This document shows, in pieces, positions 40,266 to 53,547 of a DNA stretch of 64,000 bases. This DNA is from Lingula anatina. Lineage: Eukaryota; Animalia; Brachiopoda. The notes under the pieces were generated by a model. That model made no database searches. It was given only the letters and a program-made list of their open reading frames with translations, and had not been told where the DNA came from. The number at the start of each line of letters is the position of its first letter. Positions within the stretch are counted from its first letter, which is position 1. The stretch lies in assembly GCA_051362555.1 (NCBI GenBank), contig CM120648.1, positions 20,379,557 to 20,443,556 on the forward strand. Direction: 5' to 3'. Made by a program: the position numbers and the translations under genes.

Positions 40266-41144
40266 TGCAGTTGCATGTTCTGTGGTCAGAAATGGGAGGG
40301 TGACAGTCTAGTGGGATTTTTGAAAAAAAGGCTCTGCATAAGAAGCAAGGGGCATTATGGGATAAAAGTTGGGAACCAGGCTTATTAGCATAACTTTTGG
40401 CATGCTGAATCCGATTAACTCGGTTCCCAAGTGACATTTTGCGTTTTAACTGTCTTATCTGCGAAATCAAAATGGCCGCCAGATTTCCAGTTTTCTGCAA
40501 TATCTCTGTAACTAGACAGGCGAATATGACAAATGAAGTGTCTTTAACTTTATTTTCAGGGTCGAGGAACATTATTAAGAATCTGTTAGAATAGGATTTA
40601 TACAATATTCCGAAATATGCAAATTAGGACCGCCATTACTTAAAAAAAAAACGTTTTACTTCTGTATCTCTGTAACTAGGCAAGCAAACATGACACATGA
40701 AGTGCCCACACCTATGTTCTCAGGGAATGTTATAAATCAGATGTCTTGTCTGATGGGTCGCACTGACTTTGTGCGTCGTGTCCGAGTAGCATCTTTGATT
40801 GATTCTTCCCTGTATCTGTCAAACAATCTACTGATGCTTAGAACCTGCCTTCAGAATTGCTCTTACGTATGGGTCAGCCAAACTACCAAAGGTCATTGCA
40901 TTGTCAGGCTTTCACAGTGAAACTACCAGTTATAAGGCAAGGTGAGGAGTCATTCACTTCAATTTCATCAGGGCAGACTACGTCTTCTGTTAACATTTCT
41001 GCTAGTACGGATTTGTTCCCGGTGCATAGTGTACCATTCATTTCAGCAAGTGATGCAGGGACTGGGAGAAGTTCATGCTTAAAGGCAGATGGCAAGTCAA
41101 CTGCCTGATTTGCCTCGTAGGATTCCCCTGCAGTTTCTAATGTC

Positions 41145-42221
41145 TTACAGAGACACGCCCAGACTGGTACACCAGCACAGAGACCACGGCCAGGATGCCC
41201 TAAAGTCACCACCAGAAGGGAAGACCGCTTGCTTCTGCAGTTATGTCGCAACAACCGGACAAAAAACACTCGTGCTCTACAAAATGAGTGGCAAATTACC
41301 ATTCAAAAGAGTGTGTCTAGAACCCAAGTGCCGGTTACCATGCTAGGCGACCTCAAAGGAAGCCTCTATTAACAGAGCAACACCAACGTCTGCCTCAACG
41401 GTGGACTACACACCATTTGTGGTTCCAGCCACAGCACTGGGTTCATGTGGTTTTTACAGTCGAGGCAAGGTTTGAGCTCCACTGCCGCGATGGCCGAATT
41501 AGAGTCCGTTGGTTTCCAGACGAGGTACTGCACGAGGCTTGTGTCAACCTTACAGTGACTGGTGGCGGTGGCAGTATCTTTGTATGGGCCAGTTTCCACG
41601 CTGGAGCCAAAACACCATTGGTGGTAATTGATGGAAACCTCAACCAGATGAAATACAGGGACATGTTAGAGAATACTTGCTTGCCATTTGCAAGAAGGTA
41701 CTTCCAGGACAGCTTTTTCCTGCAAGATGACAATGCCAGACCACACCGTGCCCATGCAATAACTGCTTTTCTGCAAAACAAAGAGGTAAACCAGTTACCT
41801 TGGCCGTCGAATTCCTCTGACATGAATCCAATACAGAACCTGTGGGCAGAAATCACTCGCAAAATCAATAGCTTACCGGTCCAGCCTACAAATCTGCACC
41901 AGCTTAGACAAGCTCTGACTGATGCGTGGAACGCAATACCGGATCAAACTCTCAGAAAGCTCTTTTCAGGTATGCCTCGCCGAGTGAGGGCTCTGGTTGC
42001 AGCTAGAGGAGGCTGCACGCATTATTAACTGTTTCCATTTTAAAAATGTGTCTTGATGATTATTTTGTGTAAGAGAAAATCCTTACCATATGTATCATAT
42101 GTACCATATGTATATTCTTATATATTGTGTAAATAATCTAGTCTAGTGAGCCTGCAAATGTGTTCTTATCATTTAGTGCTCAATGAACGTATTATTATTA
42201 TCATATTAAATGTCAAGTCTG
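41145..42221 (+). mobile_element. Tc1 (DD34E family) transposase relic, 5'-truncated, with right TIR
   Basis: RPRPGCPKVTTRREDR; VVFTVEARF (catalytic D appears mutated); LQDDNARPH; WPSNSSDMNPIQNLW (E appears mutated to Q). Ends ...aagtctg|TA. Confidence 0.9.
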
Positions 42222-42440
42222 TACATTGCATCACACGAGTTACTTGATTCAGCAAATCGCCCCATTGCATTAATAAGGGAATCACCTTTTTCAAATCTAG
42301 GTTAAAGGGGCAATTGTGTGGTCCAATGTTTACATCTCAATGGCAGCACAGTATTTAATTGCCAAATTCTATACAAATAATTGCTACAGTGTGACAGTGT
42401 AGCACTTATTACTGATTTGGTTATAGTGGAAATGTCTTAA

Positions 42441-45400
42441 CCCTCAAGAGACCGAGCTATTTTACTGACTGAAATGACCAAGTGGGGTCATCTATGACCC
42501 CATTGTGCTCTGTACAGGGATCCTTATTATAAAAGGCTGTTTAGGGTTTATCACACCTATGCTACTCCCAGGATTTAAGACAAGTATTTTATAATGATCT
42601 AATGTAATAAGTATTTGGTAATAATTCTTTTATTGCATGAAATAACCAAGCACAGATTTTAAGAGCAACATTACATCGGTATTTAGACAGTCCTTGTCAG
42701 TTTCCACTTGCAGAAATATTTCTCTTTTTATTTGCCACACTAAATGAAAAAAGTACATTACAAAATTACTTTGAATAAAAATATTTTGACTTATGTTGAG
42801 ATAGCATCCTGCTAACTTCAATAAGAATAATTAGCTGACTTGCTGAGTAGGAATACCCTAATGCTGGTAAGGAAGTCATACTACTCAGAACACAATCAAT
42901 CTACATGTATGTTACTACCACATGTGTGTATAAAACAAAATTTACACAAACAAATTGTTAATATATGTATAATATGATATCGACAGAATTTTTTAGATTT
43001 CCGAAATACCCGAAAAATGTAACCGTCAAAATGAGAGACCCAGTTATGAGAACAAGTTCCAACAAAGCTACTGAAATTAGATTCAGCGATGCACTATTAG
43101 TAACACTTCAAGCATACCGTACTCGGATTAAGAATGTGTACATTTACCCCGTGGATCATTTGAAGATTACACTGCGATTAATGCGGTGGAAAATACAATA
43201 GAGAGAGTGTATAATGATAGGGTCGCTAAACGATTGTTGACGGCATATAGTAACTAGCCTAATCCCTTGGTCGCCTGGGTAGACACGCCCCATTAGAGTA
43301 CTTATGTAAACAAACGGTCTCCCGTAGCGAACTATCCTTTTGTTCAACAGCTTCGCGCGTGCAGCTGATTATGTATGTAGAGACACTATAGCTAACTGCA
43401 TATAAATTTGTGCTAGCTGTTATTTGATTCATTCTGCTGTGTCAGATGTTGTGGATCAGCCCACTGGTTCGTTGACTTCTGTTTTTCTGAAGATTGGTGG
43501 TGCAGATTTTGAGTGCAGATTTTTGAATTATGTACCCTCCTTCTAACAAGAGAAAGGGGAAGGGAGATAAAAAGAGAGAGTGTCAAATGAAACGGGTAAT
43601 GAGTAATACATTACATTAAATAAAGGGACTCGCGGTGGAAGAAACGATAGACTGTTTTGCATCAAGGTATGCCATTATAATCCGACATGGCCCATAACAT
43701 GATCCATAACATGACTCATTGTTGTATGCCTTATATTTGTGCCGACTAATATTTTACTCTCGTTCATTTCGTGAAACTATTTCCTTAAAATAAAGTTTTG
43801 CCTGTATAAATTAACTTTGTGACATGAAGTAATTAATAAAACGCGCCTGTTGAAAAGGGGGCTTTTCGTAACTAATAAAGGTTCACTATTCAGAAAAATA
43901 TCGTCGCCGTTCGTCGCCGCTACCTTCAGGAAAGCGTACCCTCCGCGTGGATCACCGGCATTTTTGATTATCTGACAAATTAGGGCAATTTACGTTTTAG
44001 CTAATAATTCTGAATTTAATAATATTTTGGACTAAATTCGATGTCAGATTCATAGCAATGACGGAGAGCCGACAGAGTAACTGTTTAATTTTCTAAACTA
44101 ATCAAACTAGAACGCGTGGCGATAAAATGTGTCGCTAGATCTTGTAAACACTCAGCGAAATGCACCTAGTGACTATATTCAATGTGCCGTCACTTAATTG
44201 CTTTCTCGATTTCATTAATTGACGATAGTAATTGCAGATAACAAGGAAGAGGAAATGCTGAAGACAAAACAACGTCGGGTCTTTGTGTGACTTTCTCCCT
44301 AAACACTTTTTATGTTGCTGTCAAAGAAAAAGGAGTCTAGATAGCGATTATTTAAACCACTGCTGCTGCTTTTGCAGGTAGACTTCCTCGTTTATCATTT
44401 AAATGCTCCCCTCCCCCAGCAGACCCAACTTGATGCATGTACGTCTTGGTAGCTATAGTACAGATCTTGGTTCAAGTAATGAAAGGTTTAGGCACAAAAC
44501 GATAATTTGAGGCTATTTTTTCATTCAAGACAAAATAAAGTATCTATGGTGTGTGACAATAGGGACTTTACAAAGCTTAATTTGTCCTTAAATATATATT
44601 CCAGTAGCATAGGCGAGCGACGTAATTGTAACCTCAACTTGAGGTATCCTCGATGAAAGCGGAGTACAAAAATTAACTTTTTTAAATATCGATAACAACA
44701 TGCTGTACAATGATATTGAGACTAAAGGGTTTAATGGACTTCTTTGCCTTAAAAGCAATTCATTTCAAAATTAAAAGAAACAGTTTTTTTTCGGGGAGCG
44801 CGGGTAGACAGTTTACGTCAGGTGATTCGTTAAAGTCGAGGAGTGTTTCACTATCAAATGTGTAAATCATATATGTCATAAAACACTATAAGAAAGTTTT
44901 TTGTTACGATCTGCAACATTTGTTCATTTATATAGCAGGGCGAAGTTAAAGCCAGAGGTAAATAGAACCTAATACCGTAATCCTCCTCGTCCATTTATTT
45001 AAATCGTATCAAAACGTTTGATACTCAATGTTCATTAAATTAATAATTTTAGCGATTTATTAAAACCATATTGGTACATAAAAGTTTAAGATTAGCATAA
45101 CTTAAGCAACAACCAGTATGAAGAACAACACCCTTTTTAAATGAGGCAAGACACCCTCTTCACACTGATTATAACCTTGAGAAAGACATTATGCAACTTA
45201 AGGTAAAGGAGTTCTTTCATCTCGTGTGTGAATACAACACATTCTTTGTCACTTTTACAAGACAATGGAGGCGAGCAAGTAGAGTAATTACAATACACAA
45301 TAAAAAGGACATTAGTATAGAAAGCTTACTTCGGGTCAGCCCTTTGCTTGTTCGAATGAAAGAGATACCTGTAGATATCGCGCCGCGACTCCCTTTATTA

Positions 45401-47869
45401 AACCTTCGTGTGTTTGTGTAAAAGTGTGAAAGACAGGCAACGGTCTTTAGTCGCTGTTGATATTGTTCGCGATTAATATTGAAGTATAACTCCTTCGCCT
45501 GCATGTAAACGTGTTACTTTTCCTCATGTTCTCTATATTTCTTTTAGGTGGTTGAGACAATGGGATGAGATCGATAAAAGTAAAGGTTAATCTAAACAAT
45601 TAGATGCGATTTTTGTGAAATGACTTATTAAGTGATGTGCATGTACCTAGCATGTTTAAATTCTTGAATTTCTAATTTGTTAAATCTTTCATACACGGCC
45701 TCATATATGTATTACTCTCAGGCCTTCGATATTATTGTGTTACACGGGACTCCTGGAAACCTGAAGCACAGGTCTACGGAGTCTTGTTATCCTTCATGCA
45801 GTTTTATGGCTGGGATGAACACTGCGAAGTAGAAACAGGCTTTACTTAGCTTTACTTGATGCACGATAGTTTAAACAAAACCAGTCTGCAAGGCTTGCTT
45901 TGATTTGGCGTTACCCTTAAACTGGTTTAAAAAGAACAAATATAAATATGTTCGATGGATTAGATGCCGGCTTTGTTATATTTTAACATTTGCATTTGCA
46001 CAGTTACACAGATAATATTTTTAAGTTGTCTGTCGTTCAGCACGCATTATAGGCGAGTAGCTAAATAGTGACGGTGATCAATCCAAGCTCAATCTTGGCA
46101 AGTATCGTTTACAAAATAGATCATGTTGAATAAACTTAATTACGCTTTAATAAATAATCAACACATGGTTCGGTTATTGTCACTGGAAAGCTTTCGATCA
46201 AAGACGTTCAATGAAATCACAAATCATTTGACGATTAAAAAATGGACATGTTCAAGGGGCAGTTTTTGTTTCAGATAAAGGGACTTCAGGTTCAGGTAGA
46301 GGGTGCAGTTACGTGTTTCATCGGATGATAGCATCACGCCCTAGGTCTAAGCGAGTTGAATAGAAGCTTTTTATCCAAACATCCTATTCCTAACTACTGA
46401 GTTAGGACAAAGGTCTAGTAACATGCACTGTGCAATTACTATTAATGGATCAGACGCATACTTGATTGTTTTTCCTCTGGTGTCGCACGTATGCATCCTT
46501 TCTTGAGTGATCTAAAACAAGTCGCTAGTGTACCATGTTTCTCACTGTAGCAAAATACGTTCGACATGGTGTTTCTGAACGGCAGCCGGAGACACAGTAA
46601 TTGTATAGGCATGCTTTAAGCTTGTTCGAGAGACAATAACAGTCGGGTTTAACAATAGATAGCGACCATAGTAAGACCCCCTCCTATTTAACTGATGATT
46701 TACACTTTTAATTGACCGTACTTTCGTATATTGTATGATCATACAGCCAGACTTCCCCCTGTTGCACGTTGTAGTTGGATTGTCATTGCGCCTATGTCAA
46801 TGCACCTCATTTAATTTCAATATTATAATATAAGCATAATATAAGTAATATGTTATTTCCTTATTCCTCTTTCATTATCATTCATGTTTTATAAATACTA
46901 GAACGCTTGAATGCAGATATTTCAAATTAAAACGTAAGTATATAAATAAGTTATACATTTATAAATTAATGCAATAGGAATTTTTTGAGACAGATTGATG
47001 CTGACGCTCATGCATTTCAACCAAACAAACAATAATTAGTTCAATTTTTGACTGCGGAAATTTCATATAGGATGAAATAACTGATAACAAATTTAACTAG
47101 CAGTTTGTTAGCAACACTAAAAACCAGCTGCGCGTGCCAAACTAGTGAACAAAAGGACAGTTCGCTTCGCGTGGCACGCCTTAGCATGGGTTTAGCCTCT
47201 TCAAGCTATAATCCTATCGCCGCAACAAACAATAGGGACCTTCTGGCTGATGTATCCTGCTGTTAATTACACCTAGTTACAGCGGATTGTCACGCTCGCG
47301 CTGGGCCACAGAAACCGGCGTCATGGGGTTCACACGTATTAAGTATTGTGTTATTCCACCTTAGCTATTGTGTTTGTGCGTTCGAATTTTGAAGGGATTT
47401 ATACGGCCCTCCATTGTTTGTCCGCCCCCTTCTATTCACAAGATAGGGATTAAAACATTTCGAACGTGGTTACACCGGTGTACAACGGAAACAAAATTAT
47501 TCCGACCACTGTATAATCTTCACAAACCACTTATGTGTGTCTATGTTTTGGGCACACTGGTTGGTTACATGAAGCACATGCTTGTGACATTTTCCTGTCA
47601 GTGTTGCGTGGGCAAAACATTTGAATAAAATTTAAAAACTAATATTTGAAAACCAGTGCTTCTCTTTGGGGTCATAAATGACCCCACAAGAGTTTGTGAT
47701 GTAAACGCCACACTAATTGGTTGATCCCTTCAAAAAGCTGTGCAAGTGTGTAGGATTAGTAGACTGACAAATCCATGCAAGGAAAGAAAATTCGAATAAA
47801 AAAATAAAGAGATGGCACATTTAATCATGTGGCTGGGGTCGTAAATGACCCCACTCGGTCACTTGAGGG
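42441..47869. mobile_element. Non-autonomous piggyBac element with nested repeats
   Basis: TTAA|CCCTCAAGAGACCGAG ... CTCGGTCACTTGAGGG|TTAA (16 bp TIR, 1 mismatch). Subterminal ggggtc(n)gacccc palindromes at ~42484, 47668 and 47835. Confidence 0.85.
43114..44533. mobile_element. Second copy of the 1-1730 repeat (probably extends further right)
   Basis: Reverse-complement near-identity to 1-1730, without the internal duplication. Confidence 0.8.
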
Positions 47870-48132
47870 TTAAACACTCTCCTTGACCCTGAAAAACGGG
47901 TGTGGGCACTTCATGTGTCATGATTGCTTGCCTAGTTAAAGAGATACAGAGTTAAAACGGTTTTTCAGTAATGGCGGTCCTAATTTGCATATATAGGAAA
48001 ATTGGGTAAACCTAATTCTAGCAGAAATATCTTAATAATTTTCCTCGACCCTGAAAATAAAGTTAAAGACACTTCATTTGTCATATTCGCCTGTCTAGTT
48101 ACAGAGATGTTGCAGAAATTTGGAAATCTGTC

Positions 48133-48169
<37 letters not shown>

Positions 48170-48217
48170 TATTAGACCATTAAAAACGCAAAATTTCCCT
48201 TCGGAACCGGGTAAATC

Positions 48218-48885
48218 CACCCTGAGCTTCAGAGATAACTTGACACTAACCTCTTCACTATAGCCTATCTTCATCGTGTCAAGTTACCTCTGACGAAAAT
48301 AGTTTGACCTAGTTTATATAAGCCAATCGAATCCATGTTTCAAAATTTTTCACCAAAGTTTGGTGAAAACGCTGATTGGTTGACCGTCAATCGGCAGTCC
48401 TCGGCTGATTCCGCAAGCTCCATACTAACAACAAAGTTATTGTCGAGTGCGGAAACATCCGAGTAGTTCCGAGTGCATAACCGCACACAAAGAAAGCATG
48501 GCGTCTACTACGAGTGACTACGTAAAATAATGTGTTAAGTTATCTCTTGATTCTTTGCAAAATATTAGTATAGCGGAATTGAAACCAGAGCAGTTTGAGG
48601 CCCTGCATCATTATCTACTGAGGGATGATGTATTTTGCGTGCTGCCCACAGGTTACGGCAAGTCCCTGATATTCAGCCTTATCTTTGATTGGTCCGGATT
48701 TGGACAAAGCGCGCTTTGACTCGTTCGCGTTCATTGGCTAGATTGTTCAATGAGTCATTGAGTGCGGGCTTTAAATTTGATTGGCGGGCGGCGGGGCAAT
48801 CGAATGTGGTCAGAGGTAACTTGACACGATGAAGATAGGCTATAGTGAATAGGTTAGTGTCAAGTTATCTCTGAAGCTCAGGGTG
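48218..48885 (+). mobile_element. MITE with ~75 bp TIRs, 8 bp TSD and RecQ helicase N-terminal fragment (copy 2)
   Basis: TSD ggtaaatc on both sides. From ATG 48498: MASTTSDYVK*CVKLSLDSLQNISIAELKPEQFEALHHYLLRDDVFCVLPTGYGKSLIF. Confidence 0.85.
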
Positions 48886-49409
48886 GGTAAATCGGATTCA
48901 GCGTGCCAAAATTATGCCAATAAGCCTGGTTCCTAACTTTTACCCCAAAATGCCCCTACTATTCACTTTTGTAAATAGAACGGGGTGGGCAAACAATGGA
49001 CAACCATATCAATTCCTTCAATTTTTAAACGGAACATCAGAATAGCTTAGACGGAATAGTACAAAAAGCTGACACGAATAAACCCCATGCAGCCGGTATC
49101 TGTGGTCCAGCGCGAGTGCGACTCTCCGCTGTTATTTTAGCTTTTAGTGGTCAAGACTAATGCCGACGAGTGCCTCGACAATCAGTCCATTTATATAACA
49201 GTCACATATATTATTCGCATGCAACCTAATGTTCAGTCATGTGCCTTTCAGAGTAAGAAATCATTGAGAATTTCCCAATAACTGTATATAACAAAAATCG
49301 GGAGGCATTCTCTACCCATGTAACGTTTGGCTTCCAACGCACAGAACACTCAATTTGTTATTATTCGACAAGAGCATCACTAACCTATCAAGTTAAATAC
49401 AGTACTTAC

Positions 49410-49580
49410 AACTTTGGTCCACACAAGCAGAGGCCAGCAGCAGTTATTGATAGGAACTGGAGTCTTCTAGAAGCTGAAATCTCCCGAGTCTTTCTCCAAG
49501 GATACTAGAAGTAGACGGAAGATGATGGTGCCTTTATATCGCTGCAGTAGAAGCCGACGGGAAGTTTGCGCATGCGATGT
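49410..49580 (-). promoter_or_regulatory. Candidate TATA promoter and non-coding first exon
   Basis: Minus-strand TATAAA at 49538-49533, Inr-like CTAGT ~30 nt downstream, GTAAGT donor at 49409, and an NRF1-like TGCGCATGCG at ~49567. Confidence 0.3.
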
Positions 49581-49654
49581 AACATTTTTAAAGACATATG
49601 TCTTTTGATTGACGTTGGGCAAAGTTCAAACCAGTGAATTATAGCCAATACGCT

Positions 49655-49691
<37 letters not shown>

Positions 49692-49804
49692 TGTTTATCA
49701 GCAGTATTAAAAGTGTAGCACCAGCAGCAGCAGTAGCAGTAGTTGCAATAGTTGTAGTAATAGGAGTAGTAGTAGTAGTAGTAATAATAGTACCAGCATT
49801 TGGG

Positions 49805-49865
<61 letters not shown>

Positions 49866-49871
<6 letters not shown>

Positions 49872-52800
49872 ATTTGGTTTAACTAGCGTATATCTTAATA
49901 GAATGAATAACACAACATTAAAAATTAGATTTAACGTGCAGAAATGAAACAGTGGGGGTGGTGAGGGGGGTTAGTTGGTACGTGACCATTTTTCAGCTTC
50001 TAAGGCGGCAGTACCCACTTCTGCCTTCCTCCCAACCACCCAAGAAAAAAGTATCAGTAACAACCATGAACCCGCATATTGCAGTAGAATTATCTCCCTT
50101 TACTGTGTTATATTTACCTAGTGAAAACATGACTCTATGCATTTGTGAATAAAAAAGGACAGTTCCTCGGATGAAATGACAATTGAATTTGATACAATCC
50201 CAGCATTAAAAAGCTGCTGGTGCAAAGGCTCAGAGAGTTGGCAGCTGGGATCTTCTGTACACATTATCATTCAGCCTTGATAATGCAGCTCCAATGAAAC
50301 ATTATTTGATACTTCTCCGAACATTTACTAATCATAACATCTAGGGAAAGACCTTGACATAAAAAACCATAGATATATTTATTAATGTTATCTTAACGTT
50401 TGTTTTATTTCTCAAGATACCCCAATGATATGTCCTTTCGTATAGGAAGGGGGCATAAATCGCTCTTTATGGAATAAATAAGGAAATCACTTTGAAAGTA
50501 AAAAGTACAGTACCACAGAGAAATTTGGCCTAAAAAGGATTATCAAAAGCCTCGTTATATGACATATAGAAATGAGAAATACCCAATTCTGTTTGCTTAA
50601 GCAGCTTCAAGAGACCTCCTCTGTGTGTGTCTTTTTTCTATTTGAAATATTGAGTTATATGGGTTTAACGTCACTGCTAGCGACAATTTTTATTTATTAA
50701 TATGTAACACCTGGTGAATATTACATTTCTACCGCAAAGAGATTCAATGGATGGGCTGACTGCAGTTAAACAGCCGATACTGACGACAAATTTATAAGGT
50801 TCTCAGATATTTTATATAACTATTGCAGCTTATATTAGTTCATATACATCTCTTGAACATGCACATTATAGATATACAAAGTACTCATCAATAATGTAAT
50901 ATAATAAGGTAATGTTAATAAACATTTAAGCGGTATATATTAAGTGTTTGCCAACGAGAAAGCCAACCCAGGTTGAGAAGGCAACCATTGCCAGTGTTTC
51001 CCGATCTTTTGTTATTCTGAATAGAAATGGATAGAAATTATCATGTTTTTTTTTTTTATTTTTTTTATTTTTTATTTTATTTTTTTATTTTTTTGCAAAA
51101 TTGCTTCTGTATTTTATCTGAGTTTTGATATTCTAATAACTCTCCCAAATTTATTCCAATCCCCCCTTTTAAATCATATGCATTTTGTACGCATAACGTT
51201 AAAGTATGATACCCGCAATTTTTATACTTTATACCTATTTCGAAGCAGAGATACGTAGGTAGGCCCAGCTGTTGAAAATATACCGCATGCATATTTATAA
51301 AACATAAGTGTATTGCTGTAAAGCTTTAACTCGATGGTAAGGTGTTTCATTACTGAAGATAATACTTGACAAAGCGTTGCTCGAGCCAGCGGAATTAGTT
51401 CTCTGATTCAGTTAGTTAAAACATAAATTGCTTTGGGTTTCAACATTTTGACAATTACCGAGCTAACAGACAAATGGGCCTATTGGTTTACGTATAACAT
51501 CCATGGTAAATAAGGAGAGGATGAAAGTGAATGCTCCCATGTGTGTGCCAATTGTTTTTACTGGTCAAATTTTGTTTATTAGGGAATGTATGTGTTATTT
51601 GGTTTATCTAGTGTATGTCTTAATAGAATGAATAACACATCATTAAAAATTAGCTTTAACGTGCAGAAATGAAACAGTGGGGATGGTGAGGGGGGTTATT
51701 GGGCACGTGACCATTTTTTCAGCTTCTAAGGTGGCAGTACCCTCTTCTGCCTTCCTCCCCACCACCCAAGAAAAAAGGATCAGTAACAACCATGAACCCG
51801 CGCATTGCAGTAGAATTATCTCCCTTTACTGTGTTATATTTACCTAGTGAAAACATGACTCTATGCATTTGTGAATAAAAAAGGACAGTTCCTCGGATGA
51901 AATGACAATTGAATTTGATACAATCCCAGCATTAAAAAGCTGCTGGTGCAAAGGCTCAGAGAGTTGGCAGGTGGGATCTTCTGTACACATTATCATTCAG
52001 CCTTGATAATGCAGCTCCAATGAAACATTATTTGATACTTCTCCGAACATTTACTAATCATAACATCTAGGGAAAGACCTTGACATAAAATAGTTTACAT
52101 ATATTAATAAATGTTATCTTAACGTTTGTTTTATTTCTCAAGATACCCCAATGATATGTCCTTTCGTATAGGAAGGGGGCATAAATCGCTCTTTATGGAA
52201 TAAATAAGGAAATCACTTTGAAAGTAAAAAAGTACAGTACCACAGAGAAATTTGGCCTAAAAAGGATTATCAAAAACCTCCTTATATGACATATAGAAAT
52301 GACAAATACCCAATAATGTTTGATTAAGCAGCTTCAAGAGACCTCCTCTGTGTGTGTCTTTTTTCTATTTGAAATATTGAGTTATATGGGTTTAACGTCA
52401 CTGCTAGCGACAATTTTTATTTATTAATATGTAACACCTGGTGAATATTACATTTCTATCGCAAAGAGATTCAATGGATAGGCTGATTGCAGTTAAACAG
52501 CCGATACTGACGACAAATAATAAGGTTCTCAGATATTTTATATAACTATTGCAGCTTATATTAGTTCATATACATCTCTTGAACATGCACATTATAGATA
52601 TACAAAGTACTCATCAAGCAATAATAAGGTAATGTTAATAAACATTTAAGCGGTATATATTAAGTGTTTGCCAACGAGAAAGCCAACCCAGGGTGAGAAG
52701 GCAACCATTGCCAGTGTTTCCCGATCTTTTGTTATTTTGAATAGAAATGGGTGGAAATTATCATGTTTATTATTATTGTTGTTGATGAAAGTTGTAGTAA

Positions 52801-53495
52801 TAATAGTGGGAGTAGAAATAACGATAAAAGTAATAGCAATTTTTAATTTTATTTTATTTTATTTTATTTTTATTTATTTATTTATTTATTTTTTGCAAAA
52901 TTGCATCTGTATTTTATCTGAGTTTTGATATTCTAATAACTCTCCCAAATTTATTCCAATCCCCCCTTTTAAATCATATGCATTTTGTACGCATAACGTT
53001 AAAGTATGATACCCGCAATTTTTATACTTTATACCTATTTCGAAGCAGAGATACGTAGGTAGGCCCAGCTGTTGAAAATATACCGCATGCATATTTATAA
53101 AACATAAGTGTATTGCTGTAAAGCTTTAACTCGATGGTAAGGTGTTTCATTACTGAAGATAATACTTGACAAAGCGTTGCTCGAGCCAGCGGAATTAGTT
53201 CTCTGATTCAGTTAGTTAAAACATAAATTGCTTTGGGTTTCAACATTTTGACAATTACCGAGCTAACAGTCAAATGGGCCTATTGGTTTACGTATAACAT
53301 CCATGGTAAATAAGGAGAGGATGAAAGTGAATACTCCCATGTGTGTGCCAATTGTTTTTACTGGTCATATTTTGTTTATTAGGGAATGTATGTGTTATTT
53401 GGTTTATCTAGTGTATGTCTTAATAGAATGAATAACACAACATTAAAAATTAGATTTAACGTGCAGAAATGAAACAGTGGGGGTGGTGAGGGGGG
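49866..53495. repeat. Subtelomeric tandem repeat, unit ~1.72-1.80 kb, two full copies plus a ~105 bp start of a third
   Basis: tgttatttggttta...cttaatagaatgaataacac starts at ~49866, 51590 and 53390. Duplicated pseudo-ORFs at 51077-51292 and 52886-53092. Confidence 0.92.
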
Positions 53496-53547
53496 TTAGG
53501 GTTAGGGTTAGGATTAGGATTAGGTTAGGGTTAGGGTTAGGGTTAGG
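53496..53547 (+). repeat. Short internal telomeric tract (9 units: TTAGGG/TTAGGA/TTAGG)
   Basis: Read directly from the sequence, between the truncated subtelomeric unit and T12. Confidence 0.95.

Larger units (their letters stand above)
40309..48961 (-). mobile_element. Academ-like DNA transposon remnant with ~400 bp TIRs, hosting nested insertions
   Basis: 40345-40725 is the reverse complement of 47885-48958 once the 48218-48885 insert is removed. TAG...CTA termini. Minus-strand relics VDLPSAFKHELLPVPASLAEMNGTLCTGNKSVL and LFDRYREESIKDATRTRR at 40770-41140. Confidence 0.65.

Noticed and set aside
41417-42028. Active or domesticated Tc1 transposase
   Set aside because: The first catalytic D and the E appear substituted, the N-terminus is frameshifted, and the 5' end is missing.
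1-44533. A giant 44 kb inverted-repeat element bounded by 1-1730 and 43114-44533
   Set aside because: One copy lies in a fumarase intron and the other inside a piggyBac element, and the shared terminus faces inward. Two independent insertions are the simpler explanation.
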